Shown: positions 47,314-56,863 of the stretch, one piece after another | Layout: every line of letters starts with the position of its first letter | Numbering within the stretch: position 1 is the stretch's first letter | Assembly (NCBI GenBank): GCA_964429065.1 | Contig: CAYSAZ010000001.1 | Span: forward strand, 4,078 to 68,077 | From: an uncultured Rhodobacterales bacterium | GTDB taxonomy: Bacteria > Pseudomonadota > Alphaproteobacteria > Rhodobacterales > Rhodobacteraceae | Length of the DNA stretch: 64,000 bases | Direction: 5' to 3' | Translations under genes and position numbers: made by a program | The notes under the pieces: model-generated | Told to the model about the DNA's origin: nothing | The model's database searches: none | Seen by the model: only the letters and a program-made list of their open reading frames with translations

Positions 47314-48942
47314 ATGCGCTTATTTGCCAAAACTCTGGCAGTCAGCTTTGTTTCCGCAACCCTTGCCGCTGGTCCTGTGCTCGCAGCAGGAACGCACCCG
47401 GTAACGGGCGAGGCTTTGTCTGACAGCCAAACGTTTACGTATAGCATCGGGGATGAACATACCTCGGTTGATCCGCAAATCGTTGAAGACGTAAGCGGTT
47501 CGGATATCATTCGTGACCTTTTTGAAGGTCTGATGAATCAAGACGCCGATGGTAACCTCGTTCCTGGTGTTGCAACCAGCTATGACACCAATGATGAAAA
47601 GAATGTCTATACATTTCATCTGCGCGACAATGCCAAATGGTCTGACGGCAAGCCGGTAACCGCTGGCGATTTTGTTTACGCTTGGCGTCGTTTGGTTGAT
47701 CCTGAAACCGCATCCCCATACGCATGGTTTGGCGAGTTGATGTCGATTGAGGGCGCTGGCCCGATTTTGGCTGGTGAAGCTGCGACTGATACGCTTGGCA
47801 TAACAGCGCTTGATGACCTTACACTTGAGGTTCGCCTTTCAGCATCCTTGCCATATTTTGCGTTGATGACAACGCATTCCAGTACTTTCCCAACACCATC
47901 CTGGGTGATTGAAGAGCATGGTACAGAATGGATCAAGCCAGAAAATATCGTTTCCAACGGTGCATATGTCTGGACTGAACACGTGCCACAAGAACGTTCA
48001 ACACGTGAACGCAACCCGATGTACTGGGATAATGAAAACACCATTATCGAAAAAGTTGTCGCATTGGTAATCGGTGATGAAAACACTGGTTTGACCCGTT
48101 ATCTGGCTGGTGAACTCGATAGGGTTACTGTGCCAACAGGTCAATATCCGCGTTTGTCTAAGGAATATCCAGATCAGGCGGTCTCAGTTCCACGTCTGTG
48201 TAGCTATTACTATATCTTCAACGTATCTGAAAATGCCCCTGCGGCGTTTAAAGATGTTCGTGTTCGTCAAGCGCTTTCCTATGCACTTGATCGTAATGTA
48301 GTTACGCAAAAAGTTACACAAGGCGGTCAGATTGATGCTTATACGTTCACACACGGTGCAACTGCAGGGTTTGAAATTCCTGAGGTAGCATACGCTGGTA
48401 TGAGCCAGGACGAGCGTAACGCAAAAGCCAAGGAACTGCTGGCTGAAGCTGGTTACGGTGCGGATAACCCACTGGAATTCACGTTGCTCTACAACACATC
48501 CGAGGGTCACAAAAAGATCGCTATCGCGGCCTCGCAAATGTGGAAACAAACACTTGGTGTTATCGTTACACTTGAAAATCAAGAATGGAAAACCTTCCTT
48601 GATATTCGCAAAAACCAAGGCTTTGAACTTGCACGTAGCGGCTGGTGTGGAGATTATAACGAGGCATCAACCTTCCTCGATCTTCTGACAACCAAAAGTG
48701 GGCAAAACGATGGCAAATACAGCAACGCTGAAGTTGATGCGTTGATGGCCGGAGCTAAAACTATGGCTGACCCAAGTGCTAACTACACCAAGGTCGAGCA
48801 AATTTTAGCAGACGAAATGCCGATCATCCCAATTTACCATTACACCGGAGTCTTTATGCTGAATACGGCACTTAAAGGCTATCCTTTAGGTAATGTTGAG
48901 GGAAATTGGTATTCACGCGAATTCTATAAAATCGCTGAATAG
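47314..48942 (+). CDS. Peptide (Opp/Dpp-type, family 5) ABC transporter substrate-binding protein
   Basis: GGAGGA RBS. Signal peptide MRLFAKTLAVSFVSATLAAGPVLAAG. 542 aa. Confidence 0.85.
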   Translation: MRLFAKTLAVSFVSATLAAGPVLAAGTHPVTGEALSDSQTFTYSIGDEHTSVDPQIVEDVSGSDIIRDLFEGLMNQDADGNLVPGVATSYDTNDEKNVYTFHLRDNAKWSDGKPVTAGDFVYAWRRLVDPETASPYAWFGELMSIEGAGPILAGEAATDTLGITALDDLTLEVRLSASLPYFALMTTHSSTFPTPSWVIEEHGTEWIKPENIVSNGAYVWTEHVPQERSTRERNPMYWDNENTIIEKVVALVIGDENTGLTRYLAGELDRVTVPTGQYPRLSKEYPDQAVSVPRLCSYYYIFNVSENAPAAFKDVRVRQALSYALDRNVVTQKVTQGGQIDAYTFTHGATAGFEIPEVAYAGMSQDERNAKAKELLAEAGYGADNPLEFTLLYNTSEGHKKIAIAASQMWKQTLGVIVTLENQEWKTFLDIRKNQGFELARSGWCGDYNEASTFLDLLTTKSGQNDGKYSNAEVDALMAGAKTMADPSANYTKVEQILADEMPIIPIYHYTGVFMLNTALKGYPLGNVEGNWYSREFYKIAE

Positions 48943-48960
48943 CATCTGCACTTAAACATA

Positions 48961-48990
48961 AACACCGCGTCATTTGGCGCGGTGTTTTCC
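48961..48990 (+). terminator. Rho-independent terminator/attenuator after the binding-protein gene
   Basis: AACACCGCG (48961-48969) pairs with CGCGGTGTT (48978-48986). 8-nt loop, followed by TTCC (T-run of 4 including the stem end). Confidence 0.7.
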
Positions 48991-49045
48991 CATGTATGCC
49001 ACGAACACCACGTTCGGGTGTATAGGCATAATTTAGGTTGAAATC

Positions 49046-49981
49046 ATGTTACAATATGTAATCAGGCGTCTGGCGATAGCCATACCCACGTTACTGCTGC
49101 TCGTTATTGCATCATATTTGTTGATGCACGCCGCCCCCGGCGGCCCATTCACAACGGAAAAAACGCCACCGCCACAGGTATTGGCAAACATCAGGGCGAA
49201 ATACGGTCTGGATGATCCGCTATGGCTGCAAATATATCATTACCTAGTAGGTGTCGTTTTACATTTTGATTTCGGACCGTCCTTTATATATAAAGACCGC
49301 ACCGTGAATGACATCATTCGGCACGGGTTCCCGATCACGCTAACATATGGTGGAATATCGTTTGTTGTCGCCGTTCTAGCAGGCACGACACTTGGTATTG
49401 TGGCCGCCGTTCGCCAAAACACCATCATCGATTATTTCGCCGTTGGTATATCCATTGGCGCGCAGGTATTACCGAATTTCGTTATGGCCCCGCTCTTGGT
49501 CTGGTTCTTCACGCTTACGATGCAGGGCACCATGTTTGCCTTGCCGGGCGGAGGCTGGAACGGCGGGGCATGGCCCAATCTGATCATGCCGGTTATTGCC
49601 CTTTCCACCAGCTATATGGCCTCGATTGCACGTTTGACGCGCTCGTCCATGCTCGAGGTGCTGAACAGCGATTTCATTCGTACAGCCAGGGCCAAGGGCC
49701 TGCCGACAAGCCATATCATTATGCGCCATGCGCTAAAACCGGCATTATTGCCGATGATTTCATATCTAGGGCCATCTTTTGTGGGTATGATCACCGGATC
49801 GGTGGTTATTGATATATATTTCTCTACGGGTGGTATCGGGGTGGCGTTTGTGAATTCCGCTCTTAATCGAGACTATTCGGTGATGATGGGGATTACAATT
49901 CTGGTCGGTGCGCTGACCATTATTTTCAGCCTTTTGGCCGACCTGCTTTATGCATGGGTCGATCCGAAAATCCGGTATTAA
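49046..49981 (+). CDS. Peptide ABC transporter permease (OppB/DppB-like)
   Basis: 311 aa. MLQYVIRRLAIAIPTLLLLV is a typical start. DFIRTARAKGL loop. Confidence 0.85.
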   Translation: MLQYVIRRLAIAIPTLLLLVIASYLLMHAAPGGPFTTEKTPPPQVLANIRAKYGLDDPLWLQIYHYLVGVVLHFDFGPSFIYKDRTVNDIIRHGFPITLTYGGISFVVAVLAGTTLGIVAAVRQNTIIDYFAVGISIGAQVLPNFVMAPLLVWFFTLTMQGTMFALPGGGWNGGAWPNLIMPVIALSTSYMASIARLTRSSMLEVLNSDFIRTARAKGLPTSHIIMRHALKPALLPMISYLGPSFVGMITGSVVIDIYFSTGGIGVAFVNSALNRDYSVMMGITILVGALTIIFSLLADLLYAWVDPKIRY

Positions 49982-49991
49982 GGGGATAATT

Positions 49992-50924
49992 ATGATAGTA
50001 GCTGAAAAAGATAAAATCGTTAACCTTGCTGAAAATCTCGCGAATATGGACGAGGTTAAAGGTCGTTCCCTTTGGAGCGATGCGCGCAAGCGGTTCATGC
50101 ATAACCGGGCGGCGACCATCAGTCTTGTCGCGCTCGGGATCATCATCCTGATTTCTGCCATCGGTCCGTATTTTGCCGTATGGAATAATGAGGAGATCGA
50201 CTGGGATATTATGGGCAGCGCCGCTGAACTCGGGGCACCCTCATTTACCAATGGTCATTATTTCGGGGCCGATGATTTGGGGCGCGATATGTTTTCGCGG
50301 GTTCTTCAGGGCACGCAAATCTCGCTTATGGTCGGGATTATCGGGGCAGGGATTGCGGTAATTGTCGGCACGCTTTACGGCGCGATTGCTGGCTATATCG
50401 GGGGGCGTACAGATCAGATCATGATGCGTATCGTCGATATTCTTATGTCGATCCCTTACATGTTCGTGCTGATCCTGATGCTGGTGATTTTCGGGCGCTC
50501 GATCTATATGCTGTTCATTGGTATCGGCCTTTTATCCTGGCTCGATATGAGCCGGATTGTGCGGGGCCAGACGCTTTCGCTTAAAAACAAGGAATTCATC
50601 GAGGCGGCGCGCGCTACGGGTGTTGGCAGTTTTACAATCATCACCCGCCATATCGTGCCGAACCTTCTGGGCATCGTTGCGGTTTATGCCACGTTGCTGG
50701 TGCCAGGGATGATCCTGACGGAAAGTTTCATTTCGTTTCTTGGCCTTGGCGTGCAGGAACCCAGCACCAGTTGGGGGGCGTTGATTTCCGAGGGGGCGAA
50801 AACCATCAGGTATGACACGGAATGGCAATTAATTATGCCACTTATATTCTTTGTGATCACACTGTTTAGCTTTTATTTCATTGGTGACGGGTTGCGCGAT
50901 GCGCTTGACCCCAAAGACAGGTAG
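49992..50924 (+). CDS. Peptide ABC transporter permease (OppC/DppC-like)
   Basis: ATG at 49992 after AAGGGGA. EFIEAARATG loop. Confidence 0.85.
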   Translation: MIVAEKDKIVNLAENLANMDEVKGRSLWSDARKRFMHNRAATISLVALGIIILISAIGPYFAVWNNEEIDWDIMGSAAELGAPSFTNGHYFGADDLGRDMFSRVLQGTQISLMVGIIGAGIAVIVGTLYGAIAGYIGGRTDQIMMRIVDILMSIPYMFVLILMLVIFGRSIYMLFIGIGLLSWLDMSRIVRGQTLSLKNKEFIEAARATGVGSFTIITRHIVPNLLGIVAVYATLLVPGMILTESFISFLGLGVQEPSTSWGALISEGAKTIRYDTEWQLIMPLIFFVITLFSFYFIGDGLRDALDPKDR

Positions 50925-50930
50925 GCCGTT

Positions 50931-51782
50931 ATGAGCTTTCTCGAAGTTAAAAATCTGCGCGTGGATTTTGACACCAATGACGGTGTTGTACATGCGGTTA
51001 AGGATGTCAGTTTCACTCTTGAAGAGGGTAAAACCATGGCGATTGTTGGCGAAAGCGGGTCTGGCAAAAGTCAATCCGCTTTCGCGATCATGGGGTTGTT
51101 ACCCAAGAATGGCCATGCCTATGGTTCGGTTCTTTATGAGGGCAAAGAGATTTTAAATCTGCCCGAAGATGAGATGAACAAGTATCGCGCTAATGAAATG
51201 GCGATGATATTTCAGGACCCTATGACCTCGCTCAACCCATATATGCGCATCTCAAACCAGATGGCTGAGGTGCTGATGCATCATCGTGGCATGGGAAAAT
51301 CCGAGGCGATTGCGGAATCTGTAAAGATGCTTGAAGCCGTGCAAATCCCCGATGCGCGCAACCGTGTGCGCATGTATCCCCATGAGTTTTCTGGTGGTAT
51401 GCGACAACGGGTGATGATTGCTATGTCACTTTTGTGCAGCCCCAAACTGCTGATTGCGGATGAACCGACAACGGCGCTTGATGTGACGGTGCAGGCAGAA
51501 ATCATGGATATCTTGTTGGATTTGCAAGAAGATTTTGGCACCGCAATTATCCTGATCACCCATGATTTGGGGATTGTTGCAGGAACATGTGAGGATACGT
51601 TGGTGATGTATGATGGACGGGTTATGGAATATCGTTCTACCAAAGACGTGTTTGAAAAGCCCGAGCATCCTTATACCCAAGGTTTGTTGGCAGCCGTGCC
51701 GCGCCTTGATCAGGATGTCTCCAGCCTGACCACAATTGACTATGAAAAGCTAGTTACTGCCGCTACGGAGGCCCCCAAATGA
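50931..51782 (+). CDS. Peptide ABC transporter ATP-binding protein (OppD-like)
   Basis: Walker A GESGSGKS, FSGGMRQRVMIA, Walker B LLIADEPTTALD. Confidence 0.88.
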   Translation: MSFLEVKNLRVDFDTNDGVVHAVKDVSFTLEEGKTMAIVGESGSGKSQSAFAIMGLLPKNGHAYGSVLYEGKEILNLPEDEMNKYRANEMAMIFQDPMTSLNPYMRISNQMAEVLMHHRGMGKSEAIAESVKMLEAVQIPDARNRVRMYPHEFSGGMRQRVMIAMSLLCSPKLLIADEPTTALDVTVQAEIMDILLDLQEDFGTAIILITHDLGIVAGTCEDTLVMYDGRVMEYRSTKDVFEKPEHPYTQGLLAAVPRLDQDVSSLTTIDYEKLVTAATEAPK

Positions 51783-52654
51783 CCAGCACAAAAAAGATCC
51801 TTTCGGTAAAAAACCTGTTCGTGCATTTCAATATAAAACAGCATGACGCTGGGTTATTCACCAAACCCGAGGTTTTAAAGGCCGTCGATAACGTCTCGTT
51901 TGATCTATTTGAGGGGGAAACCCTTGGTATTGTAGGCGAAAGCGGGTGCGGAAAATCCACGTTGGCGCGCGCCATTATCCGGATGATTCCGGCTAATTCC
52001 GGCGAAGTTATATGGATGGGGCGCGATTTGCTTGCGCTTGATGCGGCTGAAATGCTGGAGGTTCGCAAAGACATTCAGATGATCTTTCAAGACCCTCTGG
52101 CCTCGCTAAACCCGCGTATGACGGCCGGTGGTATCATTGCCGAGCCGCTCAAAACCCATTATCCGTCAATGTCCAAGATTGAGATGCGTGAAAAGGTGAA
52201 AACCATGCTGGAAAAGGTTGGTATGAACGCCAGCCATATCAACCGTTATCCACATGAATTTTCAGGTGGGCAGTGCCAGCGTATTGGTATTGCGCGGGCT
52301 TTAATCACTGAACCCAAACTGATTGTTTGCGACGAGCCGGTTTCGGCATTGGATGTATCTGTGCAGGCACAAGTGGTGAATCTATTGATGGATTTGCAAA
52401 AAGAACTGGGCCTGTCATTGCTGTTTATTGCCCATGATTTAAGTGTGGTGAAACACATCAGTAATCGCATTATGGTACTGTATTTCGGCACCATTGCCGA
52501 GATCGGGGATGCAAAACAAATCATTGAAAATCCCAAGCATGATTATACAAAAAAGCTAATTGCTTCGGTGCCTATTCCTGATCCAAAAATTGAGCGGGAA
52601 CGGCGGGAGATCCGCCGCGCGGCGCGGGCCAAACGTATGGCAACTGCGGGATAA
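51779..52654 (+). CDS. Peptide ABC transporter ATP-binding protein (OppF-like)
   Basis: Walker A GESGCGKST, FSGGQCQRIGIARAL, LIVCDEPVSALD. 4-nt overlap with the upstream gene. Confidence 0.88.
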   Translation: MTSTKKILSVKNLFVHFNIKQHDAGLFTKPEVLKAVDNVSFDLFEGETLGIVGESGCGKSTLARAIIRMIPANSGEVIWMGRDLLALDAAEMLEVRKDIQMIFQDPLASLNPRMTAGGIIAEPLKTHYPSMSKIEMREKVKTMLEKVGMNASHINRYPHEFSGGQCQRIGIARALITEPKLIVCDEPVSALDVSVQAQVVNLLMDLQKELGLSLLFIAHDLSVVKHISNRIMVLYFGTIAEIGDAKQIIENPKHDYTKKLIASVPIPDPKIERERREIRRAARAKRMATAG

Positions 52655-52660
52655 ACCAAT

Positions 52661-52687
52661 AACGGGCAGCCAATATGGGTGCCCGTT
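52661..52687. terminator. Stem-loop between convergent oppF-like and pepF genes
   Basis: AACGGGCA (52661-52668) pairs with TGCCCGTT (52680-52687). 11-nt loop, followed by TT. Confidence 0.55.
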
Positions 52688-52690
52688 TTA

Positions 52691-54523
52691 TCACTCCTCC
52701 ATGGTTTCCAGCTCGTCAATCATCGACGAAATCAATGATAACCCTTTATCCCAGAATTTTGGATCAGATGCATCCAGCCCAAAGGGTGCCAGCAGTTCTT
52801 TGTGATGCTTTGAGCCACCGGCTTTCAGCATGTCAAAATACTTGTCCTGAAAATCCGCATCGCCTTCTGCGTAAACCGCATAAAGCGCGTTCACCAGACC
52901 GTCGCCAAAGGCATAGGCATAGACGTAGAAAGGTGAGTGGATGAAATGGGGCACATAGCTCCAAAATGTCTCATAGCCCTCCATATAGGTGAAGGTGTCG
53001 CCCAAAGATTCATATTGGATTTCCATCCAGAGCGCATTGATTTGATCTGGCGTCAGCTCGCCTTTTGCACGGGCAGCATGCAGGCGGCATTCAAAATCGT
53101 AAAAAGCGATCTGGCGCACGACGGTGTTGATCATATCCTCAACTTTGCCGGCCAGCAGACGTTTGCGCACAGCTTTATCCGGGGCATTTTCGAGCAGCTT
53201 CTTAAAGGTCAGCATTTCCCCGAAAACGGATGCCGTTTCTGCGAGCGTTAACGGCGCGCCAGCCAGCAATTCGCCTTGTTCGGCGGCTAAAACCTGATGT
53301 ACGCCGTGGCCAAGCTCATGGGCCAAGGTCATCACATCGCGCTGTTTTCCAAGGTAGTTCAGCAGCACATAGGGGTGGGCATCCGTTACCGTTGGATGCG
53401 CGAACGCACCGGGGGATTTGCCGGGCTTAACACCAGCATCAATCCAGCCGTTATCAAAAAACTGCCCGGCAATTTCGGCCATGCGCGGATCAAAATCGCC
53501 ATAAGCATCCATAACCGTTTCGCGCGCCTGCGCCCAGGGAATGGTCAGATCATCTTCACCAGGCAGTGGTGCGCCCCGATCCCAAACCTGCATTTTGTCC
53601 AACCCCATCCATTTGGCTTTCAGCGCATAATAGCGGTGCGAAAGTTTGGGGTAGGCGGCGACAACGGCATCGCGCAGGGCCGCCACGACCTCGGGTTCCA
53701 CGTTATTGGCAAGGTGGCGCGACATCTGCGGCGTTGGCAGTTTGCGCCACTGATCCTTGATGGCTTTTTCCTTGGCCAAAGTGTTGGTGATACGAGCAAA
53801 CAGCGGGGTGTTTTTACTAAAGACCTTGGCCAAAGCCCGCGCCCCAACCTCGCGCCGTGCCCGATCATTGTCAGACAGCAGATTGAGCGTCGCTTCCAGC
53901 GGGAGTTCTTCGCCCTCAACATCAAATGTCAGCCCGGCCATGGTTTCATCAAACAGACGATTCCAGGCCGCGGCCCCGACAACAGACTGGTCGTGCAAGA
54001 ATTTTTCCAGCTCGTCTGACAGTTGGTAAGGTTTCATTTTGCGAATGTCGTCAAACACAGGTTTATAACGGCAAAGATCAGTATTATCCGCCAATAACGC
54101 CGTCATGGCAGCATCATCGATCCGGTTGATCTCTAGCGTGAAAAACACCAAATGCGTGGACATCTCGGTAAGCATGCTTTGCATATCAGACATGAATTTG
54201 CCGCGTTCAGGGTCGGTCGTGTTTTGATAATACAATAGCCCGGCAAAAGACATAATCCGCCCGGAAACCTGATCAATGCGTTCATAGCGTTTAATGCATT
54301 TCAGCATGCCGCGTGCATCAAGATCGGCCAAATTTCCTGTGTAATCACGACCAAATGCGGGCATTTCATCGCCTAGCCACGCCAAATCATTGGTGATTTC
54401 CGGACCGTCCGTAGAGGGATAAAGATCATCCAAATTCCAATCGGGCAGATCCCCCATATTGTCACCAGACTGTGTTTTGCCTGCCTCGCGCAGGATTTCA
54501 GGGGATAAGTTTTGGGGGAACAT
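52691..54523 (-). CDS. pepF: M3-family oligoendopeptidase F
   Basis: 610 aa. Zn motif HELGHGVH. AAGGAGA RBS. Confidence 0.88.
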   Translation of the reverse strand: MFPQNLSPEILREAGKTQSGDNMGDLPDWNLDDLYPSTDGPEITNDLAWLGDEMPAFGRDYTGNLADLDARGMLKCIKRYERIDQVSGRIMSFAGLLYYQNTTDPERGKFMSDMQSMLTEMSTHLVFFTLEINRIDDAAMTALLADNTDLCRYKPVFDDIRKMKPYQLSDELEKFLHDQSVVGAAAWNRLFDETMAGLTFDVEGEELPLEATLNLLSDNDRARREVGARALAKVFSKNTPLFARITNTLAKEKAIKDQWRKLPTPQMSRHLANNVEPEVVAALRDAVVAAYPKLSHRYYALKAKWMGLDKMQVWDRGAPLPGEDDLTIPWAQARETVMDAYGDFDPRMAEIAGQFFDNGWIDAGVKPGKSPGAFAHPTVTDAHPYVLLNYLGKQRDVMTLAHELGHGVHQVLAAEQGELLAGAPLTLAETASVFGEMLTFKKLLENAPDKAVRKRLLAGKVEDMINTVVRQIAFYDFECRLHAARAKGELTPDQINALWMEIQYESLGDTFTYMEGYETFWSYVPHFIHSPFYVYAYAFGDGLVNALYAVYAEGDADFQDKYFDMLKAGGSKHHKELLAPFGLDASDPKFWDKGLSLISSMIDELETMEE

Positions 54524-54582
54524 GGATGTCTCCTTGGAAGGTTATTATCTTGATAGACCGGTTATGGAATTGGGGAAAGCCC

Positions 54583-55620
54583 TTAGAAATGCAAATCGAC
54601 ACTAACCGGAAAATGATCCGACGCGCTTAGCAATGCCTGTTGCATTTCCTTATCCTTGAAGCACTGTGGATCATCAAAAGGGTGCCAGATGCGCCAACTA
54701 GCATCATGGGCGTGATAGAGGTCTTGCGAGAGCATGATATAATCCAAAAGCGCATTCATATACCGTTTGTATTTCCCAATATAAAACCGGGCAGTGGACA
54801 GCGCCCAAGCTTGGCGTGGGTTCAAAACGATTTGGGCATGAGGTTCAACCAGATAGCGCGGAGCGTCAGATTTATCGCCCAAAACGATCTCGACGCCAGA
54901 CCGTGCAAACAGGGTTTCATAGCCATTCACGCCGGGACCATCATTAAAATCACCCAATACAATCAGCGGCGTGTTGGTGGCTAAAATATCCTCGACGCGT
55001 TGACGGATCCAAATGCATTGTGCAAGTTGTTTTCGGCGGTTTTCGACCATAATACGCAAAGCATCCTGGGCATTTTCTGCCCCATGCGGCGCTTTGGATT
55101 TTGTATGCACTCCGATCAGGCGAAAAACATCGTTTGTCGCCGTGTTTGTCACCAACATTTCCGCCGGGGGTTTTGAGAAACTGAAAATCTCGGGTTTGCC
55201 ATCAACATTGACATCATAAAGGAATTTACTGTCAAAACGCGGGGCGTTTCGGGGCGTTGCACCATCGGATATTTCCCCCTGCGGGTCATGGGTTATTGTG
55301 ACAATATCAGGGTCATAGATGATGGCCAGTTCCTGATGTGTATCATTGGCAAACCCCATCGCCACAGCGCTTTGGCGCAGGTTATAGTGCTTGGCAAAGC
55401 CGTTAAGGGCTGTGATGGTATCTTGGTGGCCGCCGGTGTTAGGGGCCTCTACGATCAACATAATATCAGGATCAACGCGCCGAATTACTGCCGCAATTGC
55501 ATCGGCCTGATCTTGGCGACGCACTTTATAGCGGCGGGACCATTCCTGATCGTGCAGCAGGCGGCTTTGTTTGTCAAAAAGACCGGAGAACCATTCAACA
55601 TTATAGGTGGCAATACGCAT
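54583..55620 (-). CDS. Endonuclease/exonuclease/phosphatase (EEP) family protein
   Basis: Start MRIATYNVEWF. C-terminal SDHFPV motif. Confidence 0.78.
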   Translation of the reverse strand: MRIATYNVEWFSGLFDKQSRLLHDQEWSRRYKVRRQDQADAIAAVIRRVDPDIMLIVEAPNTGGHQDTITALNGFAKHYNLRQSAVAMGFANDTHQELAIIYDPDIVTITHDPQGEISDGATPRNAPRFDSKFLYDVNVDGKPEIFSFSKPPAEMLVTNTATNDVFRLIGVHTKSKAPHGAENAQDALRIMVENRRKQLAQCIWIRQRVEDILATNTPLIVLGDFNDGPGVNGYETLFARSGVEIVLGDKSDAPRYLVEPHAQIVLNPRQAWALSTARFYIGKYKRYMNALLDYIMLSQDLYHAHDASWRIWHPFDDPQCFKDKEMQQALLSASDHFPVSVDLHF

Positions 55621-55621
55621 T

Positions 55622-56308
55622 TCAGGCGGCCACATGGGATTGTTTGATTTCTTCCCAGGCGTTGTTGATGATGATCAGGCGACTGTTGGCAAGCGCGATG
55701 GCCTCGGCGGGCAGGCCGCGGGCAATCAGCTTGTCGGGATGAACTGCGCGGACCTTACGGCGCCAGGCTTTTTGAATGTCGTTAATCGTCGCGTTATGGG
55801 CGATTTCGAGCACCGAATAAGGGTCTGGGGCCGCACCCGGCACATAGCGAGAGCGCAGACAGCTGAAACGTTGTGAAGACATGCCGAAAATCTTTGAAAC
55901 CTCGTTAATAAAGGCGTCTTCAGCGGGATGATAATGCCCGTCCGCCATGGAAATATAGAAAAGCCCCTCGACCAAATCATTGAGGATACCGCTGTCTTTT
56001 GCAAACATCCGGGCGATTTTCTGGGCGTAAATATCATATCCGGCAACATCTTGGCGTGCCAGATTAAATATGCGCGCGGCTTGTTTTTCATCCTCGGGGG
56101 CAATCTGGAAAATTTGACGAAAAGCAATGACCTCATCGCGGGTAACTTCCCCGTCGGCTTTGGCCATTTTGGCCCCGAGTGCGATAACCGCAATTGTAAA
56201 GGCAACGCTTTTTTCCGGAGGCTGTTTGAGGTTCTCAAAAATAGCCGAAAGCCCCTGACCTTTTGCAAGGGCAGCCAAGGCTTTGGATATGCGGGTCCAG
56301 ATCGACAT
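55622..56308 (-). CDS. DjlA-like co-chaperone (TerB-like N-domain + C-terminal J domain)
   Basis: J domain DPYSVLEIAHNATINDIQKAWRRKVRAVHPDK with an HPD tripeptide. Tellurite-resistance-TerB-like region with KADGEVTRDE. Confidence 0.75.
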   Translation of the reverse strand: MSIWTRISKALAALAKGQGLSAIFENLKQPPEKSVAFTIAVIALGAKMAKADGEVTRDEVIAFRQIFQIAPEDEKQAARIFNLARQDVAGYDIYAQKIARMFAKDSGILNDLVEGLFYISMADGHYHPAEDAFINEVSKIFGMSSQRFSCLRSRYVPGAAPDPYSVLEIAHNATINDIQKAWRRKVRAVHPDKLIARGLPAEAIALANSRLIIINNAWEEIKQSHVAA

Positions 56309-56359
56309 TTCGTTAGTTTAACAGAATACCGAGCGGGATAAAGCACCCTGCATAATTAT

Positions 56360-56863
56360 TCACAGGATTTTTTGCAGCAAAACAAGATCAAGCCAACGGT
56401 CGAACTTTCTCCCAACTTCAGGGATATGGGCAACCTTGATATACCCGAGCGCGGTGTGAAAGGCCAAGGCCGCAGAATTATCCGCAGCCACCCCTGCAAT
56501 CATGCTGTGGATATCATTGTCGCGGGCGTCAGACTCCAACGCATTCATTAAACAAGTACCGATAGATTTCCCGCGGGCATCAGGGGCAAGGATAACGGTA
56601 TGTTCAACGGTATGCGCATAGCCATCACCACCACGAAACGGGCCATATGTTGCAAATCCGACCACTTTTGCACCACGTTGTGTACTGTGTTTCGCCACGA
56701 AGAAAGGCTGCGTTTCGATCATACTAGCGATGTCATCTGTGGATTTTTGCACATGTGTAAATGTTACAAAAGACTCGCGAATAATAGGATTCCAGAAAAC
56801 CTGTATATCAGCGGCATCCGTCGGGCTTGCCCGTGATATTATGATACCCTTACGCATCGCCAA
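56360..56863 (-). CDS. GNAT N-acetyltransferase, phosphinothricin/methionine-sulfoximine acetyltransferase (PAT)-like
   Basis: 167 aa. YGPFRGGDGYAHTVEHTVIL and GKSIGTCLM acetyl-CoA region. Start overlaps the yejF-like stop. Confidence 0.75.
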   Translation of the reverse strand: MAMRKGIIISRASPTDAADIQVFWNPIIRESFVTFTHVQKSTDDIASMIETQPFFVAKHSTQRGAKVVGFATYGPFRGGDGYAHTVEHTVILAPDARGKSIGTCLMNALESDARDNDIHSMIAGVAADNSAALAFHTALGYIKVAHIPEVGRKFDRWLDLVLLQKIL